A DNA stretch of 64,000 nt from an uncultured Gammaproteobacteria bacterium. GTDB lineage: Bacteria; Patescibacteriota; Microgenomatia; Levybacterales; UBA12049. The notes beneath the pieces were generated by a model. That model was not told the origin of the DNA. It worked only from the letters and a program-made list of their open reading frames with translations, and did no database searches. The stretch spans positions 66,688-130,687 of the forward strand of contig CAZCCG010000001.1 of assembly GCA_964497535.1 (NCBI GenBank), read 5' to 3'. The translations under genes and the position numbers were made by a program. This document shows, one piece after another, positions 1 to 7,407 of this stretch; within the stretch, counting starts at the first letter, position 1, and each line of letters opens with the position of its first letter.

Positions 1-444
1 AAACTCTTCCGCACCGATAGCCTCCCGCGCCACCGCCTGGCCTTCGCACATGGCAGTATAGGAGATGCGGGTTTCCGCAGCTAATCCGGTAAGACCACCG
101 ACTCCTAGTGCAGCGGCACTCACGCCGCTGAATTGGTTACCAACCTGAGTCTGCTGGATACCGATCCAGCTGGTCTGGTTGGCAAAACTCAAGGGCTGAC
201 CGGCGTATTGGGGACCACTCTGCCCGTAGCCGAGCTGAGACCCCAACATCTGAGGTGATACTGGACCCGTCTGCTGCAGCGGAGCCGGGTTAGTAGCCGT
301 ATGGTGAGCAGCTCCCAAGACCGGCAAAGCCGCCCGTGCACCTTCCGCAGCGCAAATCGCATGCGCCTCGTCCGACGCAAACGCGCTGGACGGAATGACA
401 CAGCCAAGAATGAGGACTAACAACGCTACTGTTCTACCACGCAT
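1..444 (-). CDS. Secreted hypothetical protein, GC-rich, partial (runs off the window edge; absent from the ORF track)
   Basis: Hand translation from ATG at 444 gives MRGRTVALLVLILGCVIPSSAFA-SDEAHA..., open to base 1. Signal-peptide-like N-terminus; AGGAG SD at 452-456. Confidence 0.75.
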   Translation of the reverse strand, partial: MRGRTVALLVLILGCVIPSSAFASDEAHAICAAEGARAALPVLGAAHHTATNPAPLQQTGPVSPQMLGSQLGYGQSGPQYAGQPLSFANQTSWIGIQQTQVGNQFSGVSAAALGVGGLTGLAAETRISYTAMCEGQAVAREAIGAEEF

Positions 445-572
445 CTGAAAACTCCTACTTTGCTATTTCTAAGCTCTGCGTGCCACGCGCCAAACCTCTA
501 CGCTACTTCCCGCGTTTCACCTCCCAGTAATAATAAGTGATCAACTCAAGTTATCCAGCTTGAACGTCCCGT

Positions 573-619
573 AGTATAACATAGACATCTTTATCTGTCA
601 ACTATTTTAGACGACAAAT
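573..619 (-). promoter_or_regulatory. Sigma70 promoter with an upstream ATTTGTCGTC box (copy 1)
   Basis: Minus strand TTGACA(601-596)-17 nt-TATACT(578-573), with extended -10 TG; ATTTGTCGTC (619-610) lies 8 nt upstream of the -35. Confidence 0.75.
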
Positions 620-763
620 ATCGATATCTTGCTACGGAATCGATTGTTAGGATATCAAAAAACAGCAAAACGTCAATATAATTCAACAATATCTTATAGT
701 TGCGCTTTTTATGAGGCTGATATATAATGTATCTGTCGTATAAAGAAATATACACTAATACAT

Positions 764-853
764 AAATCCTAAATAACAAATACTAAGCACTAAACAATAT
801 CGAAATGCAAATGCTCGAAATTCAAAACATACATAGTTTAGAAATTGGGATTT
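764..853. repeat. Degenerate heptamer-repeat intergenic element (AAATCCT/AAATACT/AAGCACT family)
   Basis: aaatcct aaataac aaatact aagcact aaacaat ... tcaaaac, followed by a partly inverted gtttagaaattgggattt. Confidence 0.55.
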
Positions 854-861
854 AACCTTTT

Positions 862-1617
862 ATGACTACTACCGAAGCACTCCAACAATTAGGCCTTTCT
901 CAACACGAAGCGGAAGTATATCTGTGTTTGTTACAGAATGGACCACTCTCACCTACCGACATTGCCCACAAAACCGGTATCAAACGTCCCAATGTCTATG
1001 CTATTGCCCAAACCCTGGAGCAAAAAGGACTTCTCTACTATCAATTGGTAAATAAGCGCAAACTTCTGACCGCCGCAGACCCCGAAAATATCCAAGACTT
1101 GGTCAAGCAAAAACTTGACCTGGCGACCTCCCTGCTCCCTCATCTCAAATCTATCGATACTACAGGCGGATTTAAAGCCAATATTACCTTTTATCAGGGA
1201 CGCAAAGCCATGCAGGAAATGATGAATCATGCTCTTACTATGAAGAAAAAGGAGTTCTGCGGCTTGTGGCCGGCCACCGATATGAATAAAATTCTAGGGA
1301 AAAAGTTTGTCGAAGACTTTATCGCAATACGAATTAAGAAGAATATAAATCTGCGCACCCTTCAAGACGCATCAAAAGAAAGCTTTTATGATGAAGAGGT
1401 CAAAACCGAAAAGGGACGCAACCTGACCCATTTTGCCTATGTGCCCGACAAATATACCTTTTCTCTCGGTATGGGTATTTATGATGATACGGTGGCATTT
1501 TATTCTTCCAAGAAAGAAAGCTATGGGTTTTTGGTCAAAAGCAAAGAATTTGCAGAGGTAATCCGGATGTTTTACGACAACCTCTGGGATCACAGCGGGA
1601 AGTTGAAGAAAGATTAG
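862..1617 (+). CDS. TrmB-family transcriptional regulator (wHTH plus C-terminal effector domain)
   Basis: LGLSQHEAEVYLCLL...IAHKTGIKRPNVY...LEQKGL; C-terminal IYDDTVAF and FYDNLW motifs. Confidence 0.85.
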   Translation: MTTTEALQQLGLSQHEAEVYLCLLQNGPLSPTDIAHKTGIKRPNVYAIAQTLEQKGLLYYQLVNKRKLLTAADPENIQDLVKQKLDLATSLLPHLKSIDTTGGFKANITFYQGRKAMQEMMNHALTMKKKEFCGLWPATDMNKILGKKFVEDFIAIRIKKNINLRTLQDASKESFYDEEVKTEKGRNLTHFAYVPDKYTFSLGMGIYDDTVAFYSSKKESYGFLVKSKEFAEVIRMFYDNLWDHSGKLKKD

Positions 1618-2318
1618 GATTTTATACCTATACGAAAAGGATTAAAGTTTGTTGTACTATCATATATATCTACTCCCTCAACTCTTTTTAAATGATTGAC
1701 TATCAAATATGTAACAGGAGTAACAACTATCTCATAGGCCACCTTCACCCAGTAGATATTCCAAGCTACCGTAAGCAAAAGTGAGTTTGGGATCACTCCA
1801 TAAAAAGCCACAACCATCACTACTACGGTATCAATTCCCTCTCCCACAATAGTTGAGCTTATTGTCCGAGTCCATAGATATTTACCCTGCGTTTTGACTT
1901 TCATTTTAGCCAAAACAAAAGAGTTAGCAAACTCTCCGACCCAATATGCTACTAAACTTCCGATAACCAACCTCGGAACAAATCCTAAAACAGTAGAATA
2001 AGCCTGATTATGTTCAAAGCCCGGGGCCGGGGGCAAAATACTTACTATCCCATATACAACAGCCATTAGCACAGAACACAAAAAGCCAATCCAGATCACT
2101 CTTCTTGACCTTTTAAATCCATAGACCTCGGTTAAAACATCACCAAAGATATAACTGACCGGAAATAAGAGTATGCCGGCACTCAGAGCAAGTGGTCCAA
2201 AACTGGCAATCTTACCAGCAGTCGTTTGAGTAATCAAAAGTACTGCCACAAAAATAGCAGTAATGAGATCATAATATTTAAAATTCCGGGGAAGCTCCGG
2301 TTGCGATAGCTTTTTCAT
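1614..2318 (-). CDS. yhhQ: Queuosine precursor transporter (YhhQ/VUT family)
   Basis: AGILLFPVSYIFGDVLTEVYG, LWTRTISSTIVGEGIDT, C-terminal TNFNPF. Confidence 0.88.
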   Translation of the reverse strand: MKKLSQPELPRNFKYYDLITAIFVAVLLITQTTAGKIASFGPLALSAGILLFPVSYIFGDVLTEVYGFKRSRRVIWIGFLCSVLMAVVYGIVSILPPAPGFEHNQAYSTVLGFVPRLVIGSLVAYWVGEFANSFVLAKMKVKTQGKYLWTRTISSTIVGEGIDTVVVMVVAFYGVIPNSLLLTVAWNIYWVKVAYEIVVTPVTYLIVNHLKRVEGVDIYDSTTNFNPFRIGIKS

Positions 2319-2454
2319 AAAATCATTATAGGATAAAACTCGTCGCTGTAGCCTTTTTCCTTAAATTTAATAGAAATTCGCTCATTCTAGGCTTGAATGA
2401 CTGAGTAATTTGTGTATCCTTTGAGAATACAAATATGGTATAATACCGCTACCT

Positions 2455-3216
2455 ATGACTATCAATGATGCATTAGAACAGATTGGGCTTACCCAAAGGG
2501 AATCTTTAATCTATATACACCTGTTAAAATACGGACCCTCTTCCCCTACAGAAATTGCCACTCAAACTTCTATCAAAAGACCAAATGTCTATGATGCAAT
2601 TAAATCCTTAGAAAAACAGGGATTGATCAAATACCACTTAGTCAGCAAAAGAAAGCTGATTGCACCAGAACCAGTAGAAAAAATTGAAGAGTTAGTCACG
2701 CACAGGCTCCACTTGGTCCAAAACTTAATTCCTAGCCTCAAAAGCATCAATCAAGAAGGGACTTTTAAAAGTACTATCACTTTCTATCAGGGTAAAAGAG
2801 CCATGGTTAACCTGCTCAAGGAAGTTTTATCTATGAAAGGCGGAGAATTATTGGGACTGTGGTCATCCCAAGACATGGATAGAATTCTGGATAAAAAAAC
2901 CATCCTCAGCTTTATCAGAACACGAGAAAAAAAAGGTATTAAAGCCAGAGTCTTGCATCATATGAAGAAAGAGGATTTAAAAGAGTATGGAGAAGAATTA
3001 GCCTCAGAAAGAGACTCTAAGATTACTCAAATAGGGTATGTCCCGGATAACGCTCTCTTCACGTTATCTATGTTAATTTACGATGATAGCGTTTCTTTCT
3101 TCTCCTCAAAAAAAGAAAGTTATGGGTTTAAAGTAGAAAGTAGAGAGTATGCAGAGCTTCAAAGAATGCTATTTGAAAACCTCTGGCAAAATTCCGGAAA
3201 GTTAAAACAAGAATAA
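2455..3216 (+). CDS. TrmB-family transcriptional regulator, close paralog of 862..1617
   Basis: IKRPNVY, LEKQGL, ITFYQG, IYDDSVSFFSSKKESYGF and LWQNSGKL match the 862 gene. Confidence 0.85.
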   Translation: MTINDALEQIGLTQRESLIYIHLLKYGPSSPTEIATQTSIKRPNVYDAIKSLEKQGLIKYHLVSKRKLIAPEPVEKIEELVTHRLHLVQNLIPSLKSINQEGTFKSTITFYQGKRAMVNLLKEVLSMKGGELLGLWSSQDMDRILDKKTILSFIRTREKKGIKARVLHHMKKEDLKEYGEELASERDSKITQIGYVPDNALFTLSMLIYDDSVSFFSSKKESYGFKVESREYAELQRMLFENLWQNSGKLKQE

Positions 3217-3225
3217 TTTAGCCAT

Positions 3226-3261
3226 GAAAAAGAGGCGGTTGGATTTCTCCTCCCGCCCCTG
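3226..3261 (-). terminator. GC hairpin plus U-tract terminating the GC-rich minus-strand unit; repeat copy A
   Basis: Minus strand CAGGGGCGGGAGG-N9-ACCGCCTC-TTTTT. Confidence 0.65.
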
Positions 3262-3268
3262 TTGCGTT

Positions 3269-3637
3269 TTAACGTCCGCCGACTTGACTTATCTCTTTTT
3301 CCTCAACCTCCTTTTCCGTAATGAATACGGCCACCATCCCCAGCAGGTAGACTGGAGTAAGGATCCCCTCCACTCCCGCTAGGCTCGAGGGGATGACCTC
3401 CTGAGTCACTAGGTACCAAAAGAGACACTGGAGTATCACCCCTGTGACACTCCAAATACTGCACTTCAACCAGTAGTGTGTCCACTTCTGGTTGACCTGC
3501 TCCTTCTTCTCATCGGGAGCACAGAATGTGCAGAAGATACCCCGTCCAGGAACCAGTTTTACCTGCCCCGCAATCAGAAGCTGCTGACACCGCCCGCAAA
3601 CTTTTTGAGCTTGCACGGGTCGACTCATTGCAGACAT
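3269..3637 (-). CDS. Small membrane protein with N-terminal CxxC...CxxC zinc-ribbon-like motif
   Basis: CGRC...CTFC, two hydrophobic segments, GAAGGAG SD upstream; GC-rich. Confidence 0.6.
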   Translation of the reverse strand: MSAMSRPVQAQKVCGRCQQLLIAGQVKLVPGRGIFCTFCAPDEKKEQVNQKWTHYWLKCSIWSVTGVILQCLFWYLVTQEVIPSSLAGVEGILTPVYLLGMVAVFITEKEVEEKEISQVGGR

Positions 3638-3662
3638 GATGGACTCCTTCTGAGTAATGAGT

Positions 3663-3692
3663 GGGGCGGTCAGCTTACGCCTCCCGCCCCTG
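3663..3692 (-). repeat. Intergenic GC hairpin, repeat copy B
   Basis: Minus strand CAGGGGCGGGAGG-N9-ACCGCCCC; 13 bp identical to 3249-3261 with the same loop length. Confidence 0.7.
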
Positions 3693-3713
3693 ACGTTGGA
3701 AACTCCCGGTTAC

Positions 3714-4013
3714 CTAGTACTTCTTGAACCAAAAACCTCGCCGAAGTTCGCTGGGATCCTGGATCCCAACGCTGATGATGGTGAGAAGAATGGCCGCAAC
3801 GATGCTGCCAATCTCCCCAATGACCGCTTGAGCAAGAAACTCCAGGTCCTTCTGACCCAGACCCTGGACCAGGCCGAACAAACTGAGTACCCAGTACCCA
3901 ACAGATAGAGCCAGAAACATCCCGATAAGGATGACGCTCAGAAGCGCCATCATCCCGAGAACGAGAGAGATGGCCAGAGCCACCTCTCGGATAGCCTTGA
4001 GAACGAACGACAT
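3714..4013 (-). CDS. Small hydrophobic membrane protein (probable start 4013)
   Basis: GAGGAG SD before ATG 4013; two to three long hydrophobic stretches. Confidence 0.6.
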   Translation of the reverse strand: MSFVLKAIREVALAISLVLGMMALLSVILIGMFLALSVGYWVLSLFGLVQGLGQKDLEFLAQAVIGEIGSIVAAILLTIISVGIQDPSELRRGFWFKKY

Positions 4014-4088
4014 TTCTTTCTCCTCTTCCGCTCTTGCGGCACTATATCTCAGCCTCATTTACCCTCGGCCCTGTGCCGGAGGTTTAAA

Positions 4089-4173
4089 GCTGCCCCCAAT
4101 ACCACTCTGAGATTGCTTCACCCTGAGCGTAGTAGAAGGGCTCGCAATGACAAGAAATGACCTTGAGGGCAGC
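4089..4173. repeat. Palindromic REP-like composite element in the leader
   Basis: gagattgctt-caccctgagcgtagtagaaggg-ctcgcaatgac enclosed by a gctgccc/gggcagc stem; the inner part resembles 6079-6101. Confidence 0.55.
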
Positions 4174-4283
4174 CTCAACGACTGGCTATAAGTAGGTTCA
4201 AGTTAGCTTCAGTTGTAAAAGAACGCTTGGGTTGAAGCTTCGGCTTCCCGCTTAATAGTGAAGAGAAGCATTCAATGTCCTGT

Positions 4284-4330
4284 AGTATATCATAAGATCC
4301 TTAATTTGTCAAGTTTTTCCGACGACAAAT
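4284..4330 (-). promoter_or_regulatory. Sigma70 promoter with an upstream ATTTGTCGTC box (copy 2)
   Basis: Minus strand TTGACA(4312-4307)-17 nt-TATACT(4289-4284); ATTTGTCGTC (4330-4321) again 8 nt upstream of the -35. Confidence 0.75.
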
Positions 4331-4359
4331 TTGATGTTCGTGTGTGCTACAATAGATAT

Positions 4360-5112
4360 ATGGACCCATCCGTTATCGCACAGCTTCAAAGCCTCAATTT
4401 CTCGGTAAACGAGGCTACGGTGTATACAGCACTTCTGGAGATAGGACAAACCTCTGCCGGGGAGATAATCAAAAAGACAGGGCTTCATCGGAGCGTGGTG
4501 TATGAGACTCTCGATAAGCTTATAGCAAGAAAACTGGTTTTTAAGCTTGAGAAGCAAAAGATTGCTTTTTACCAAGCAACAGACCCCTCAAGACTCTTGC
4601 AAAACATAAAATCCCAAGAAGAGATAGCCATGGAGCTGATCCCAAAACTCACTAATTTTATAGATACAAAGCTTCCGGAGATAACTATTTATGAAGGCTT
4701 AGAATCATATAGAGCGTTTTGGCTCGCCTTTTATGCCAGGGTGGAACCTGGATCAACAGACTATATTGCAGGATCAATTGGGTCATATTGGCAAGAACTG
4801 TTAGGAATAAGAACTATCGAAAAGATATTGCAAATTCAGGTGGAACGAAAGATCAAGTGGAAAGCTTTGATGTTCTCAAAAGACCCTATTGAGATGGAAT
4901 GGTTCCAGAGGTCTCCTGAGTTATATGAATGTCGGCTCATTAATAAGAACGGCCCAGCCGAAGGAAATTATAATATTACCAGTGAAGGAACTGTTCTTCT
5001 CCACTCAGCCACAGAACCCATGATTATTGAAATAAAAAATCCGACACTATTTCGAGTGTTTCAAAACATCTTTGATACAATGTGGGATATAGCCAAACCA
5101 CTCAACCCTTAA
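4360..5112 (+). CDS. TrmB-family transcriptional regulator (probable leaderless start at 4360)
   Basis: LNFSVNEATVYTALLEIG...IIKKTGLHRSVVYETLDKL, IYEG, FDTMW; TACAAT 6 nt before the ATG. Confidence 0.82.
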   Translation: MDPSVIAQLQSLNFSVNEATVYTALLEIGQTSAGEIIKKTGLHRSVVYETLDKLIARKLVFKLEKQKIAFYQATDPSRLLQNIKSQEEIAMELIPKLTNFIDTKLPEITIYEGLESYRAFWLAFYARVEPGSTDYIAGSIGSYWQELLGIRTIEKILQIQVERKIKWKALMFSKDPIEMEWFQRSPELYECRLINKNGPAEGNYNITSEGTVLLHSATEPMIIEIKNPTLFRVFQNIFDTMWDIAKPLNP

Positions 5113-6206
5113 CTTTGAAGTACTTCAATACCGGGGAGTTTTTCACCGCTTAAAAACGCAAGCATAGCACCACCACCGGTTGAGACAAAACTAAATTTAT
5201 CCAGTAATCCTATTTGTTGCAAAAAGCCCAGCGTATCTCCTCCCCCAACTACACTATATGCCCCGCTTTCTACAATTCCTTTTGCAATTATTTCACTTCC
5301 CTGACGTGATGCTTCCACTTCTGTTTTACCCACTGGTCCATTCCATACCACTGTCTGTCCGAGTTGAATAATTTGTACAAAGTTCTCTGCATCACTTTGG
5401 GTAAGATCTGTTTTGTCAGCAGTCAAATCAGCCACCAGAAGCGCTGATTTTCTCCCTACTACCTTTTCATGTTGGACTTTCAGAAGCGTTTTTATCTCTT
5501 CGGCAATCTTACCGCCAACCAATACATAATCTGCCAACTGATGCATCTTCTCAACCAATGGCAGTTTGGTCTCTATCTTTGCACCACCAATCAGAACTAC
5601 CAACGGCCTTTTGGGATCATCCAGAATACCTGACAATACTTCTATTTCTTTTTGTAGATGGAGTCCCGCAAAATGAGGGAGAAGTTTGGCAACCCCAACC
5701 AAAGATGCATGATTACGATGGGAGACGGCAAATGCATCATTTACATACACATCTGCCAAGTAGGCAAGTTTTTTCGCAAATGCCGGCTCATTTTTCTCCT
5801 CCTCTTCAAAAAAACGAATGTTATCCAATATGACCAGTTGATCCGACAATGTCCATGCCCAGAATCCGTTTACCTGTTCGTATTGGAAAGTGGAAATTGG
5901 AAATTGGAAATTTCTTTGGAACCATTTCGCCACCGGTTCCAAAGAATACTTGGGATCATTACCGACCGGTCGACCCAAATGGCCAACAATCCGTACCTGT
6001 GCATTGTTTTTGAGAAGAAATTCAAGTGTCGGTAATGAAGCAACCAACCTTGAATCGTCAGTGATTTCCCATGATTCACTTGTCCTGAGCGGAATCGAAG
6101 AATGATTCATAATTCTTGATTCTTTTAGGGGAACATCCAAATCCAACCGAAGCAATACTCGTTTATCTTTTACGCTATCAGGAGTCAGAAACGGAAGTTG
6201 AAGCAT
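5109..6206 (-). CDS. pgk: Phosphoglycerate kinase (short form, with repeat-derived insertions)
   Basis: RLDLDVP, HLGRP, DNIRF, YVNDAF, GGAK, WNGPVG, VGGGDT, VSTGGGAML. Confidence 0.93.
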   Translation of the reverse strand: MLQLPFLTPDSVKDKRVLLRLDLDVPLKESRIMNHSSIPLRTSESWEITDDSRLVASLPTLEFLLKNNAQVRIVGHLGRPVGNDPKYSLEPVAKWFQRNFQFPISTFQYEQVNGFWAWTLSDQLVILDNIRFFEEEEKNEPAFAKKLAYLADVYVNDAFAVSHRNHASLVGVAKLLPHFAGLHLQKEIEVLSGILDDPKRPLVVLIGGAKIETKLPLVEKMHQLADYVLVGGKIAEEIKTLLKVQHEKVVGRKSALLVADLTADKTDLTQSDAENFVQIIQLGQTVVWNGPVGKTEVEASRQGSEIIAKGIVESGAYSVVGGGDTLGFLQQIGLLDKFSFVSTGGGAMLAFLSGEKLPGIEVLQS

Positions 6207-6218
6207 ACTGTTAGCGTA

Positions 6219-6282
6219 TCATATGAAATATTAAATATGAAACATGAAATATATTTGCTCTTTAATATTTATTATTTGATAT
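6219..6282. repeat. Inverted heptamer arms (AATATGA / TTTAATA family), no enclosed gene
   Basis: atatga aatatta aatatga aacatga ... tttaata tttatta tttgata. Confidence 0.55.
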
Positions 6283-6287
6283 AAGTA

Positions 6288-7355
6288 TTAGTCACTGAAT
6301 TCTTGAGAGAACATTTCTCCATAAATTCCTCCATCCATAACTCCTACCCCCAGTTTTTTAAAATTGGGTGAAAGGATATTTGCTTTGTGTCCCGGGCTAT
6401 CCATAAATCCCTTCATTGCTAAATCTACACTGGGTGCCAGGGCAATATTCTCTCCTGCCGAACCATAGCCAATACCTGCTTCTTTCATACGATCAAATGG
6501 TGATAACCCCTCAGGGGTAATATGGGAAAAATACCCTCGCTGCAACATATCCTGTGAATGTCCCCGGGCAACTTCTTGAAGTACCGAACTAAAGACCACC
6601 GGTTCAAGACCATGCGCTGTACGTTCTTTATTGACCATATCAAACATCGTATACTCTGCCGCTTCATCGGAAGTTGAATTCTCAACTGTAAAATTGAGTT
6701 TGACCGACTCTTCTCCTTCAGGTTTGACTGTGAGAAAACTCAATGTATCATTAACAGCTCCTCCAAATACCTGATCAAGATTTTGCTCAAACCCTTGCGT
6801 ATTTGCCACCAGCTTACTCCCAAACGTTGAAGAAGTAACTGATTTTTTGATAAATGGCGATACCGGCAATGTCACCAAGAGGGTGAGGAAAAAAGCAAGC
6901 AGGATAAGTGCTGAAATAACACCGGGAATGACCCCGAATATATGATTTATGGTATCCAAATACGCACCAAATATACTTTCTCCCTGTTCGCGGCTGTGTT
7001 TTTGATGGCGCAAAATGGCATGATACACGACTTTCCGTAGTAAAACGGCAGCCGCAAATTCACCCACACTAGCAGAGAGAAAAAATCCGATTGCATTGGC
7101 AAACCCATGAGGAATTCCAAACACCCGAGTCAAACCATCTCCTACGGTATTATAAAGTTTGATACCAATGATAAAAGAAAAAACAAAACTCAGAAGATCC
7201 AGAAAAGCGATGACAAAACCAACCATAATGCCTTCAACAGCATAAAAAAGGATGACTATAATAACCAGAATATCAAGCCAATTCAGGCCATAGAATGAGA
7301 AGACAAGATGCGTGGAGATCCAGGACAAAATCGGCTGTGTGTATGACTGAAACAT
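6288..7355 (-). CDS. CvpA-like membrane domain fused to a CAP/SCP domain
   Basis: NWLDILVII...G..VGF with TM helices; C-terminal VNKER, HSQDM, YFSH, GENIA, MDSPGHKANIL. Confidence 0.85.
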   Translation of the reverse strand: MFQSYTQPILSWISTHLVFSFYGLNWLDILVIIVILFYAVEGIMVGFVIAFLDLLSFVFSFIIGIKLYNTVGDGLTRVFGIPHGFANAIGFFLSASVGEFAAAVLLRKVVYHAILRHQKHSREQGESIFGAYLDTINHIFGVIPGVISALILLAFFLTLLVTLPVSPFIKKSVTSSTFGSKLVANTQGFEQNLDQVFGGAVNDTLSFLTVKPEGEESVKLNFTVENSTSDEAAEYTMFDMVNKERTAHGLEPVVFSSVLQEVARGHSQDMLQRGYFSHITPEGLSPFDRMKEAGIGYGSAGENIALAPSVDLAMKGFMDSPGHKANILSPNFKKLGVGVMDGGIYGEMFSQEFSD

Positions 7356-7407
7356 AGGACGAGCAAAGAAGTTGCTATAGCTTCTTATGAAATGATATCA
7401 TATAGCA

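Noticed and set aside
189-407. 72-aa Arg-rich minus-strand ORF
   Set aside because: Alternative frame of the better-supported 444->1 gene, which has an SD and a signal peptide.
2319-2454. preQ1 riboswitch upstream of yhhQ
   Set aside because: The gene appears leaderless (TATAAT 6 nt before the ATG) and no preQ1 consensus is visible.
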